From: the human T2T-CHM13v2.0 reference genome, Homo sapiens
DNA length: 64,000 bases
Reading direction: 5' to 3' (one strand)
Assembly (NCBI RefSeq): GCF_009914755.1
Contig: NC_060925.1
In this document: one piece after another, positions 1 to 49,090 of the stretch
Numbering within the stretch: the first letter of the stretch is position 1
Layout: each line of letters begins with the position of its first letter
Made by a program: the position numbers and the translations under genes
Notes under the pieces: generated by a model
What the model saw: only the letters and a program-made list of their open reading frames with translations
Databases searched by the model: none
What the model was told of the DNA's origin: nothing

Positions 1-99
1 CAATGTTACTGAGCTCGAGGGCACCCCCTAATGCTGATAATGGCTGCAGCGATCACAGTCTCACATGACAACACTCAACTCCCTTTCAATAGATGGAAA

Positions 100-6835
<6,736 letters not shown>

Positions 6836-7046
6836 TAGTAGAGGTGGGGTTTCACTAAGTTGGCCAGGCTGGTCTCCAACTCCTGTTCTCAAGTGATCCT
6901 CCCACCTCTGCCTCCCAAACTGTCGGGATTACAGCCGTGAGCCATTGCTCCCGGCCAAAATTTAAAGCTTTTTAAAAATCAGAAAGAAATGCATAACAAA
7001 ATTGAACAGTGTTTTGTCTTCTTTCAATCCAAGTGTGTGACTTGGT

Positions 7047-7225
<179 letters not shown>

Positions 7226-7494
7226 TAATTTTTATATTTTTGGTAGAGACGGAGTTTCACCGTGTTAGCCAGGATGATCTTGATCTCCTGACCTCGTGAT
7301 CCACCTCCTCGGCCTCCCAAAGTGCTGGGATTACAGGCGTGAGCCACTGCGCCCGCCAGGGATCTTTTTTTCTAATGCGTCTACTCTTGGCTTTGAGAGA
7401 CAAGAAAGAGCTCTGTAAGGTATAATCTGTTCATATACAAAAGATGAGATTTACTGACCTGCTCCTAGACAAGTTCTGGAATTTGGTAAAATGA

Positions 7495-7864
<370 letters not shown>

Positions 7865-8453
7865 TAACTACTTAAATCCGTGAGAATTTTTTATAGTATA
7901 GAAAGTATGAAGAGTAAAGACAGAAATTGTCTCATTTTACTGGAAAATGAAATCCATGTATGCTTATCTTAAACTCAGAATTCAATATTCAGAATTAAAC
8001 TTCAACTCAGAATTATTTGTGCAATAAAAAACAAGCCCAAGTTTCACATTAAAGAAGAAAATTTTCTTTTTCATTTTTAGCCTCAAAAATAACAATTTTG
8101 GCTGGGCATAGTGGCTCACGCCTGTAATCCCAACATTTTTGGGAGGGTGAGGCAAGAGGATTGCTTGAGGCCAGGAGTTTGAGACCAGCCTGGGCAACAT
8201 AGCAAGACCCTATTGCTATTATTAAATAAATGAATAAATAACACTTTTATGCAAGAAATCAATACCTGTATATAATGATTTTGTCACTGCCACGCTTACA
8301 TTTAAGCTTGATCATGTCACTCAGTAAGAAAATGTTCTCTTTTAAGTCTTGTACAAAATTGTATCTTATACTAGATTTTTATTCATATTGGTTTTGTTTA
8401 TGATTTTCATAGCTTACCTATTCAATAAATGTTAATAAAATTTTATGTTGTGA

Positions 8454-8783
<330 letters not shown>

Positions 8784-8786
8784 TGA

Positions 8787-8912
<126 letters not shown>

Positions 8913-10596
8913 TAAATTTTAAAAATTCATGAAAAGAAAGAGATTAATTTTTAAAAAGGTAAGTTAAGCTTAACTACCGATTTTTTTCCCAGAAAGGTTG
9001 GCTATAAAGTAATTATTAGTTTTAGATAGGGTGAAGAACTACTTTTGCCCATCAAATATGTTATAATATACCCCATTAATATCTTACATAGTAGAAATTT
9101 ATTATAAGACTTTTAGGCCCACTTGGATAAGGTAAAAAATCAAGCACATTTCAACAAAGGAAAAACTAAAGTTTTCTCTATTTATACTAATGACTTAGAT
9201 AAGAGTTATCCTTTGTAAGGAGGGAGAACCACGCAAAAGGTATACTAATAAGTCAGACAAAATAAGCAGATCTATAGAAAACTAACATTGTCTACTAAAC
9301 AACATTGACCATCATCTACAATTTACTGATAATGTAAGCCATAGATTTAATAATTTTTATGTAGGGTTTCCTTGAGACTTGAAGATTATTATAAGCATTC
9401 CTCCAGGGTAAGGAGATTGAGAAATGTTAGGGAGAGTCTAGTTATGAGTCAAAAACCACAACAGTAATTGGAGCAGGAAAAACTTTCAAAAATGGAATTA
9501 TTAAGAAGTGAAAGATGGTTAACTAAAAGGTATAAAAGGGGATTTCACAAAATACAGGAATGGCAAATACAGGAAACAGCTACCATCCATAGGGTTAAGG
9601 GAGAAGATATCTAAGGAGGAAACTAAGAATTTGGAAGAAGATACTCATCCCATAAGGTCAAGACTCAGATCTTGTTAGAGTGTGGCTACAGTCCAGCCTG
9701 GTAGGCAACAGAAAGTTTGCTGGGGTCCTGGTGGGCCAGGAAACTGAGGGTAGGTCTGTTAACATCCTCTGCTAAGAACTGAAGGCCAGGCTTTGGAATT
9801 GTCCTGCTGCCACTTGGAGAGATGGCTGAAAGCTTTATTAAGAGAAGAGCAAGGTTTTGGCGGGGAGGGGAAAGAAGAGGTTTTCCTTGCCTTTGCTCAG
9901 CCATATAACATTAAAGGATTTTTAAAAATTGTGTTGCTATTCCTCATGAGGATTGGGATGTGCGATAGGCAGAATACTAATCTATCCTTTTCTATGGCAC
10001 ACCAATTTTTTTTTTTTTTTTTTGCCTAACTCCTACCAGTACTGTCTATATTATAACACAGCTCCAGCACAATGAAAAAAAAAAAAAAATAAAACAATAC
10101 ATCTCTCTCTGTCTATTCCTCTTCAAAGGAATAAATACAATATAAAAATCTATAAAAAGATATATTAAAATATACAATACCATATTATAATAGAACATAG
10201 TAATTTAGCAAATGACTTAGTATTACATCACACAAGAACCCATGAAACAAAAAGGATTTAATGGAAACCTGCCCAGACTGTAAAAACCAGAACAGTAATT
10301 CATAAGCAGAAAAGAAAATGTTCAGAGGAAAAGCTGTTGGCATTTGAAAGACTAATGCAGCTCTTAATGCAAATTAATAATGAATGCAGTTAGTTTGTGA
10401 CACCATGTAAAATAGTGACAAGTGATGGTGTAAAACAATCTGAGTTTATATATCTTGTTTGTGATTTCCATTATTTCAGGATCAGGAGTAAAAACAATGT
10501 TTTTGAATATAGAGACAATTCTCGATTATCTATAATCACACAGTTTCTGGATTATCAAGGTCCTTAAATTTTCCTTGGTTTTGCTAACCATCTTTT

Positions 10597-11369
<773 letters not shown>

Positions 11370-11900
11370 ACCATCTTTTCACTGTTTATTACCACTCTCG
11401 CCAGAAGATGGAGATCAAAGTAAAGAGGTTGTGAAGTCCAAATGACTCAAATGTCACCATCAGTGAAAGTGGCTTTTCTCAGCATTAGTTGGTGCTGGGA
11501 GAGAAAGGGAGGTTGGTGCTGGGAGAGAAAGGGAGGAACAGAAGATGTTGAAATAAATTCCCTGGCCGGGCATGGAGGCTCACGCCTGTAATCCCAGCAC
11601 TTTGGGAGGCTGAGGTGGGCAGATCACGAAGTCAGGAGTTCGAGAGCAGCCTGGCCAACATAGTGAAACCCTATCTCTACTAAAAATGCAGCCTGGCCAA
11701 CATAGTGAAACCCCATCTCTACTAAAAATGCCAAAAATTAGCCGGGCATGGCAGCACCCACCTGTAATCCCAGCTACTCAGGAGGCTGAGGCAGGAGAAT
11801 CGCTTGAACCAGGGAGGTGGGGGTTGCAGTGAGCCAAGATCGTGCCACTGCACTCCAGCCCAGGCAACAGTGCAAGACTCCAACTCAAAAAAAAAAAAAA

Positions 11901-11929
11901 GAGAAAGAAAGAAAGAAAAAAGGAGAGAG

Positions 11930-11992
<63 letters not shown>

Positions 11993-11994
11993 AA
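11901..11994 (+). repeat. (GAAA)n microsatellite grown from an Alu tail
   Basis: About 16 pure GAAA units at 11931-11994, plus imperfect units upstream. Confidence 0.95.
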
Positions 11995-13199
11995 TGCCCT
12001 GCTCTGCCTAGTGCCCTTTTCTTTTGCCTCTTCTTCCCCCACCACGTTTGCCTCTCCCTCATCCTTCCTGTCTTTCATCCTTTAGTACCCTTCAATTCTA
12101 CATGAAACAATCTTGGTCCAGGATTGATAATTAGAAAAAAACAGCTGAAGACTTCCCTACCTGGAAGAAGGATAAGGTCCCTAGGTTCTGTAGTGGGTGA
12201 GCTGCGGGCCTGGGTTCTTCCTTCAGACGTTACAGATGCTTCTGCTTGGTCTGGGGAACAGCAACGCAGCAAACCAGTAATGTGAAGCTACAAAGAAAAA
12301 AATAATCATTACATAGGAGGAAACAAGTACTGAAAAACAATCCATCATCTTGCTGTACCAGTGAAGACTCCAGACTGCAGCAATCGTCCTACACTTGAGA
12401 CTTCCTCTAAATATAGAAAAGTACAGACTGATGTTCCAGAGGGAACCTTAGGGCTTATCTTGGAGCTGAGACTCCAGGTGGAGACTGCCAATCACTGCCA
12501 CCTAACCCTCCGGCTACATTGTCTGTCTCATATGTCTCACTTGTTTGGGAAACTCTCATCTCAGTCAGAGGGTAGTGGCAGGAGATGAAATAAATAAAGC
12601 CCCAAATCTTGACCTTGACTCATGAACACATTAAACCTTTTTGGGACTCTTAATTTGTTCTCATGTGGCCCCAGCAATGGGCCAAACACCTTTAATCTTG
12701 TAAGGCAGGTGTGTTTCACTCACATCAGTTTCTCTGTTCTCTACCTTCCTCAGTTCTATTTCTGTTTTTTTTTTTTCTGAGATGGAGTCTCGCTCTGTCA
12801 CCCAGGCTGGAGTGCAATGGTGCGATCTCCACTACTGCAACCTCCGCCTCCTGGGTTCAAGTGATTCTCCTGCCTCAGCCTGCCAAATAGCTGGGACTAC
12901 AGGCCCATGCCACCACGCCCAGTTAATTTTTGTATTTTTAGTGGAGACGGGGTTTCACCATGTTGGCCAGGGTGGTCTCAATCTCCTGACCTCGTGATCC
13001 GCCCACTTCGGCCTCCCAAAGTGCTGGGATTACAGGCATGAGCCACTGCGCCCGGCCCCTCAGTTCTATTTCTAATTGTCTTTCCTCCTTAAGACATAAT
13101 GCCCTTTGTTAAAGTCCATCTTCTGGTTTTTCCATTTTCTCCTACTGGTTGTCATCCCCTCTCCATCCACTAGCCTCCTGTTGCTGCCTGAAAAATAGA

Positions 13200-14780
<1,581 letters not shown>

Positions 14781-15857
14781 ACTCAAAATTCCAGGAAAAA
14801 AAGTTCCTGTAGCCAGCTGACAAGAGTGACATTGAGACATTCCCCACTCCCTGCAGCCTCTTCCCCAATAGTGTATCAAGTACAGAACTGCTTGGCTAAC
14901 ACTGAGTAAGCGCCAACCTCAAATCAAGCTTCCATGTAGATACATGCTGTTCAATTTAAACTCTTCTCTCCAACACATTTCCCACTGGAGTTATTCTCTC
15001 TTTCAATCCCCATATGCTCTCCCTCTCCTCTTCCAATGATGCTATCATGCCACCTTAATGGGAAAGTTTGAAGTCATCCAGCATTTTTCAGTTCATCACA
15101 TCGCACATTCCCACATCATCCTCTCAGAACTCTCTCCAATCTCAAATGATGAACTTTCTCTTTTTCTCTAAGCAAAGTCCTGTGTTTTTTTTTTTTTTCC
15201 TTAATCTTGTCTGTCTCCCCTACTAGACTATGAGTTCCTTGCCCAGGAAGCTAGTGGTTCTTTATAAATATATATTGAAATAATGAATAAGTGAATAAAT
15301 AAATGAATGAATGGTTTTAAGCTACCGATCTTTTCCAGTTTTCTGGATTTGGGGCCCCACAATCCTCTCCCTAGAATCGTCAATCTCTCTAGGCTAAATA
15401 GATCAAGACCAGACTGATTTTAATTAGTGGCTTGCGGAATAAATCTTTTTACTATTTAGACCTACCTGTATCATTAAGCACCTACTTTTCAGGCAAGAGC
15501 TAGCTGGGACAGGAGTGAGGGGAACTAAAGAGAAAAAAGAAAATCTACCAGGTGATCAAGAAAATTTAAAGAAGAGAAAATAAAAATAAAAGAATTTTTT
15601 AAAAAAACTCTTGAAAAGTAATGAAAAGTCACCAAAAGTATGAAAAAAGTACACCCTACTAATAACAACAAAAATTAAAAACTATATCAAAATGTCATTT
15701 TGGCTTTTAAAATTAAAAAGAAAAAAGTTTAAATAATAATGCTTTATATTGGTATGGATGTGCTAAGTCAACTTTTGACTGCTGATTAGAACACAAATGT
15801 ATACAATTGGTTTGAAAAAGTGTTAAATTTGGGGGACATTATTTATTCCTTTCTAGT

Positions 15858-16370
15858 GTACAGCTACTTATTGCTACATAACAAGTACTCTAAAACTTAA
15901 AACAACAATAAATATTTATTATCACACATAATCTCTGTAGGACTGAATTCAGAAGTGGCTTAGCCGGGATGGTTCTAGCTAGGGGGTCTCTCATGAGTTG
16001 GCAATCAAGACTTCAGCAGAGCTGCAATCATGCTGAAAGCTTGACTAGGATTGAAAGATCCACTTCCAAGGTGGCTCACTAACATGGCTGTTGACAGGAG
16101 ACCTCAGTTTCTCAAAATGTAGACATCTCCATTGGGCTGCGTGAGAGTCTTCATGACAAGACAGGTAGCTCCCCCAAGGTAAGTGATCAAAGATACAGCA
16201 AGGTGGAAGCTGAAATGTCTTTTATGACCTAGGAAGTCTCACACCATCATTTCCATAAATTCCCCTTGGTTATACAGATCACCCTGCTCAACATGAAAGG
16301 GTGTTACAGGAAGGAGTGAATACTAGGACACAAGGATCATTGGGGGCTATTTTGGAGACTGGCTACCACA
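15858..16370 (-). mobile_element. MaLR LTR, MLT1 (F/G/H-like)
   Basis: The minus strand starts TGTGGTAGCCAGTCTCC; contains gatccacttccaaggtggctcac and ggctgttgacaggagacctcagtttctc, typical of MLT1. Confidence 0.7.
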
Positions 16371-17167
16371 GGGTGTAATCACTTTCATGCTTGAAGGATA
16401 TGGATCTATCTTTAAGAGCTCAACAATTAAAATACAGGCCACCCCTTCTGTTAATGATATTCCAAGGCACATCTGTTTCAGAATATTCTTGGTATGACTT
16501 TTGAATATGGCTCAATTCTATAATTTAGTATCCTCATCTTTTAGGTTAACAAGTGAAGCAATGAGAAGACACTGAAGTATAACAGAAGAGACTGGAAAAG
16601 CAGAAAGAAAGAAAACTTTACTGGGAAATATTTTCAGATGGATAACTTTTATTTGTAGTGTTCAGGAAAAGGGCTTATAACTAACCAAGATATGGCGTAT
16701 AACAATGGATATTTTTCACAAGGAGGACCTAGTCAACTTCTAAAAGTTTAGTGCTTAAACTCTCTGATTACAATACACTTTATTTCAACAAGACCCTGTG
16801 AGGATCCCTAGTACTTTACTTGGCATTCCTTTAGAGCATTTTTACCTATATTGTTTGATCATATTACACATGTCTAAGTCATTCTACCAACTCCAAAGTC
16901 CTTAAAATCAGAGTTCATTTCTATTTCATCTCTTCCCTCTATTTAGGATCTAATGTCATTTTGTTCTCCACTTCCCTCCCTACTTCTCAACTTCCCACTT
17001 TGCTCTCCCTTTATACAAACACAGATGGCTGTACTTATTGCCTTAGAGGAGCCATGTGGCTGCAACATCACAAAAACCTGTGAGTCTTTGCTTCAGTTTT
17101 GTATTCCAAAAGCCCAAAGCCCTCAAGAGATTTGTGTGGACTGCAGACTTAGAGAAAATGCTTTTTA

Positions 17168-17299
<132 letters not shown>

Positions 17300-17920
17300 C
17301 TAAATAAATAAATAAATGGATTTTTAAAATGAAAAAAAAAAATAGTTGTGCAAGATGGTGTGTGCCTGTAGTCCCAGCTACATGGGAGGTTGAGGCAGGA
17401 ACGTCACTTGAACCCAGGAATTGGGGGATGCAGTGAGCTATAATTATGCCACTGCATTCCAGCCTGGGCAACAAGTGAGACTCTGTCTCTAAAAAAAGAA
17501 GAAGAAAAAGAGCAGGAGAGTGCACACATCTCAGTGACAACCAGACAAGATGATGAAAAATGATACTGAAAAGCAGATGTGTCAATGAAAAAAGCCAAAC
17601 TCTGTAAAATATTTGAGAAGATTTATTCTGAGCCAAATATGAGTGGCCATGGCCCAAGGCATAGTCTCAAGAAGTCCTGAGAACAAGCTCCCAATATGTT
17701 TGGATTACATCTTGGTTTTATATGTTTTAGGGAAACATAAGACATCAATCAATATACGTGGGTACACACTGGATTGGTCTAGAAAGGTGCAACAAAGCAG
17801 GGGTGATGGCTTTCAGGTCATGGGTGGATTCAAAGATTTTCTGATTGCAGTCGTTTGAAAGAGTTATTGTCCTGTAATCAATAGAAAGGAGTATCTTGGT
17901 TAAGATAAGGAGTTGTATAG

Positions 17921-18160
17921 TGAGAATACATAGATACAGGGAGGGTAACAACACACACTGGGGCCTGTTGGGGGTGAGATGGGAGGAGGGAGAGCATTGA
18001 GAAAAATAGCTAAGGTATGCTGGGCTTAATACCTAGCTGATGGGTTGGTAGGTGCAGCAAACTACCATGGCACACATTTACCTACCTATGTAATAAGCCT
18101 GCACATCCTGCACGTGTACCCCGGAACTTAAATAAAAATTAAAATTAATAAGAAATAAAA
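17921..18160 (+). mobile_element. 5'-truncated L1PA 3' end inserted in the MER4 LTR
   Basis: L1PA 3' UTR motifs (GGTGCAGCAAAC..CCATGGCACAC), A-rich tail, and a ~19-bp TSD aagataagg(a/g)gttgta(t/g)ag at 17902-17920 / 18161-18179. Confidence 0.85.
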
Positions 18161-18340
18161 AAGATAAGGGGTTGTAGAGACCAAGAATCTCATTATGTAG
18201 ATGAAGTCTCATAGATGGTCATCCTTAGAGACAATAGATGAAAAATGTTTCTTATTTGGACCTTTAGAAGGTGCTAGACTCTCATTTAATATCTTCAGGG
18301 TTGGGAGGGCCTGGAAGGGGGAAAAGCCATAGTTATGTTA

Positions 18341-18998
<658 letters not shown>

Positions 18999-19194
18999 TC
19001 AAAAAAAAAAAAGGAAATATATTTGGGGTTAAAATATTTGTATTTCCTTCTTTATCTGTCATGTGATGTTATGCCAGAGTTAGGTTGGAAAGTAAGTCAC
19101 GTTATATGGGGTTAAATAAAACCCATCTTGTGGCCGGGTGCAGTGGCTCATGCCTGTAATCCTAACACTTTGGGAGGCCAAGGTAGGAGGATTA

Positions 19195-20079
<885 letters not shown>

Positions 20080-20852
20080 ATCTGATGAGATTTTATGGTT
20101 TGTAGGCTGTGACTCCTCACATCCCTTAGATAAGAATTTGGGGCCAGGTGCAGTGGCTCACGCTTGTAATCCCAGCACTTTGGGAAGGTGAGGCAGGCGG
20201 ATCACAAGGGCAGGAGTTCGAGACCAGCCTGACCAACATGGAGAAACTTCATCTCTACTAAAAATACAAAATTAGCTGGCATGGTGGCAAATTCCTGTAA
20301 TTCCAGCTACTTGGGAGGCTGAGGCAGGAGAATCGCTGGACCCCAGGAGGAGGAGGTTGCGGTGGGCGGAGATGCCGAGATCATGCCATTGCACCCCAGC
20401 CTGGGCAACAAGAGCGAAACTCCGTCTTACCAAAAAAAAAAAAAAAAAAAAAAAAATTGAGCAAGAGAGAAGACAGGTCAGAGTTTAGTCCTCAACCTCT
20501 CCTCAAACTTTCCACTTAGCACTACATGAACCATCTCATCTGGCTGGGAACTTACACAAAACCTGAAGAAAAGAAGATAGGGCCTATTGTCTGATACTAA
20601 GTTTTTGCCACACAATCAGAATAGATCTTGAAATAGAAAAGGTTGAATGACTGAAAAGTAAAGAAGGCTACATTTCTTACACACTCGAGTTTGTGGATTG
20701 AGATGCCTATTTGCTACATTTGTTACTCAATAAACGTTTGCTGAATGAATACAATAATTGAATAAATAAATGAAAAATAAAAATTTGGAACAGATCCGTG
20801 TTTGCCCAGGGTGAATGCTTTTTGATGAGGGAGCCATAGGCAAGGTGGACTA

Positions 20853-21445
20853 TGTTGATAAAAAGAGTTAAACTCTGTAAAATATTTAAAGAGATTTATT
20901 CTGAGCCAACTATGAGTGACCATGGTCTGTGACACAGCCCTCAGGAGATCCTGAGAACATGTACCCAAGGTGGTTGGGGTGCAGCTTGGTTTTATACATT
21001 TTGGGAGACATGAGACTTCAATCAAATATATTTAAGAAATACATTGATTTGGCCCAGAAAGGTGGGAAAACTCGAAGCGGGAATTGGTGGGGGGAGAAAT
21101 GGGTCCTTCCAGGTTATAGGTAGATTTAAAATTTTTCTAATTGGCAATTGGTTGAAAGAGTTATCAATAGAAAGGAATGTCTGGGTTGTCATAAGAACTT
21201 GTGGAGACCAAAGTTTTGTCATGCAGATGAAGCCTCCAGGTAGCAGGCTTCCAAGAAAATAGATTGTAAATGTTTCTTACCAGACCGAAGGTCTGTGTTG
21301 ACCTTAACCGGAGAGGTATGAGGCTAGTCGGACCCCCACTTCCCGTCATGGACTGAACCAGAATTTTAGAGTGCCCTGGCCTGGGAGAAAGTCCATTCCG
21401 ATGGTTGGCGACACGGGGGGCTTAGAATTGTATTTTCGGTTTACA
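20853..21445 (-). mobile_element. ERV1 solo LTR, MER4A-like
   Basis: The minus strand begins TGTAAACCGAAAATACAATTCTAAGCCCCCC and ends AATAAATCTCTTTAAATATTTTACAGAGTTTAACTCTTTTTATCAACA, matching recalled MER4A termini (TG...CA). Confidence 0.85.
21270..21315 (+). CDS. UHMK1: Alternative coding first exon of UHMK1 inside the MER4A LTR (MFLTRPKVCVDLNRR)
   Basis: ATG at 21270 (A at -3), then 15 codons + 1 nt, then donor GAG|gtatga. Phase 1 matches exon 2, giving 345 aa. I recall an annotated alternative-N-terminus isoform but cannot verify it here. Confidence 0.75.
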
Positions 21446-22020
21446 TCTAAAAGAAGAACAAAGGTCTAGGCTTCCAGAATCATGGGTTCTGGTGACCGTG
21501 GACCTGGAGGTGATGGTAAACTCTCTTTTTGTTCCTGGGGTGTTTTCCTTGGGATCCTTTCTATGAGAAATGTAGGCCGGGTTTTATTTTTCGGGTTCCT
21601 AGTGGTGAGGTAAGGTGAGGTGCCTCAACAAGAAAAAGGACCAGTTTTGGCTTCAGGTCTATGTGAAAGCGGTTAACACTGGGCCTGGAATGGTAGATAC
21701 TCAATAATTAAGGTTACTTCTTATTCTCGGTTCTTTTTTCCAAACCTAGCGCGTCTAATCTCTTCTAGGCCCCGCCCCTTCTGAGCCCCCCCCTCCTTCG
21801 GCCTGTATGATAGGCTCTTCCTCCATTTCCGGCTTCTGGGACTCGGGTGCACCACGGCTTCCGGTGTCATGGCTGCTTGAAGTCCCGGGAGTCGGTGAGG
21901 CGGCTGCAGGTCCCTCCCTGCGGAGCCGCTGGTCCGGCTGGCGGAGATGTGACCGCGGGCCCGGCCGGCCTGCCTCAGGCGTCGCGTCAGCTCCCGTGTC
22001 CGTGCCCTTAACCCACACCG

Positions 22021-46554
<24,534 letters not shown>

Positions 46555-48889
46555 TCAGTAACCTAAGGACTGTTTCCTTTTTCTCCTCTTCCATTTCTTG
46601 GGTTATTCCACATATGAATGCAGGACTACCCCCTTACCATTTTAAGAAGGTACTTTATACATTTATTTAATCCTACTAATGTGCAGCCATTGCCCAAGCA
46701 GTGACTGCGTTGCATACATTTGGCACTGAGTAGGACAAGACCTCTCAGCTATACATTGAGGGGTTTTAGAGCATCCATGTGGGCAACCCTTTTTTGTGCG
46801 GGAGAGCAGGTGTTGCTCTTCAGTATGTAGCCTAAAAAAATCTTAATTATTTCATGGATCATGAAGCAAGGATGAATAATATCATGTCTTGGTAAATACT
46901 AACAAATTTGTTAGGTTTGGTGACATCATTTACAGATTATTTCTTTATGTTGTCCAGTGGTTCTTCCTTATTGTTGATATCCATAAGCTGGCACTGGATG
47001 CTCTCAGTAATGTTAAGTAATTGTCAAGCAGCAGTTACCTACTGTGTTCTTAACACTGAGTTGTGAATTTTTTCTTAAAGCAGTACTGTAGTACTGAATA
47101 TTCCTTTAAAGGAACTGCAGTGAGCCTATCTAAGTTTTTTTAAATTAAGGCTTTTAAAATAGAAAGCTGATGCTTGATCTTGCACAATTTTTATGTCTAG
47201 TATGTATGCTTGAGTGAATGTGTGAGTATGAATGATTAGAGAAAATTTGAGTCAGTGTACTTTATAGTGTGAATCCTGTGAGCTAATACAGTCTATACTT
47301 ATTTCTTCCCTACCTGTTTCACATCCGTAAGATTTAGGATATACATTTTTTGAGAGGTAGTCTGTCTGATACAATGTAAATGACAAAACATAATTCCTGA
47401 GAGGCCCAGAACAAACTGGAGTCTAGCCTGGAGTTAAATTGAGACTTCTAAAATGATTGGAACAAAGACTAAGTTGTGCCAGATGTAAATCAACCCCTCT
47501 TTTAGTTTACTTTAGACTTTGTATTAGCTCATCTTTTTTGTAGTAAATCTATAGTTTTAAGGTTTCTCAAGATGTGGCTCTACCTACTATGATGAAAATT
47601 GAAGTGGGTCAAAAGAATTAGATGTACAGTGAAGGGAAAAGAAAAAAAATGGGCGAAGAGAGGGTGGAAAATAAAAGGATTCTTTTTTCTTCCTTTCTGT
47701 TTCTCGTATCCCTGCTCCCTTTTTCCTCCCCTTCCCTCATTCTTTGCCTCTATCCTTAGCTGAAGACAAACTAGAGGAGCAGCATCCCAGGTAGTTTGGC
47801 TTTTGACTGCAAGGTAGTTAAGAAAGGTGTAGATATAATGAGGTAGAAGTAGAAAGGAAGAAAAACTCAAAGAATTCTGAAAAGGATTCATAGCAACATA
47901 ATGTGTCCCTGAGTAGAGGATGCTGCTATGCGTGAGTTCATGGACACAAGTTGATTACATGGTTTTTAGAATTATAATTATGGATTCTTCTTATTTCATG
48001 GTAGGTTGTCTTTAAAGATATAAAAATTAGGATGCCTTTATGAAGCACTGATTATACCAAAAAAAAAAGACAAGTTATATACAGGTTATTAATTTTTTTA
48101 TTTATTTATTTTTTCCTAAGGAAAAAGTCTTCTATCTTTCCCTGCTGGAAGCCTCCTCATATTTCCTTATGTTTGCCATGCAGGTTGCTGAGAGTCCAGT
48201 TAGAATTTGCATTTTACAGAATGAAATACTTTACCCCATTCAAACAATTATTGTTTGACATTTTAGTTATTTATAATTGTCAAATTCAGGACTCTCCTTT
48301 AATGTTTATTATGAAACCAAATTTGGCATAAGGAGGCTGATTTATGAATTACCAAAGGGTCTTGTGGCATGTTCCCCAATACATGCCCTTAGAAGGAAGA
48401 ACTATTATTTTTTATTTTGGCCCTTTCAGGAGTTGATTATAAATTGGTTTGTTTTCAAGTCAGAATTCAAGTGGGCAGAACCCGTATTGTGAAGACCTAA
48501 ACTTTCCTAAATGTTCATATGGGTAGCAGATTTTGTGGTGATTAGAAACATCAGGTCCTTAAATACGATGAACATGGGATACAAAGGAATTCTTTATAAG
48601 GGCAAGTATCCTAAGTTAGCACATTTACTTTTCTCTCCCCTCCGCCCCCAAAAGAAAAATCCTTACAAATAAACTGCAGGTAGGCTTCTAAGCCTAGTCC
48701 TGCAGTATGCTGCTAACATCTTGATGCCAATCTTCACAGCATTCTTTGATTGTCATCTTATTGCTGATACATTCATACATATATTTAGTGCTTGACACTG
48801 TAGAATTTTGTTACAGAAGATGGTTACTAGATTTTAAGGGAGCTGAGGGAATAATTGATGAGCCTTGAATTAACCATGCATTTAATTAG

Positions 48890-49090
<201 letters not shown>

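Noticed and set aside
9400-9900. Purine-rich stretch possibly from an ancient LTR or DNA element
   Set aside because: I could not match it to a family or find termini/TSDs with confidence.
11722-12105. Lys/Glu/Arg-rich and Phe/Leu/Ser-rich ORFs
   Set aside because: Translations of the (GAAA)n microsatellite.
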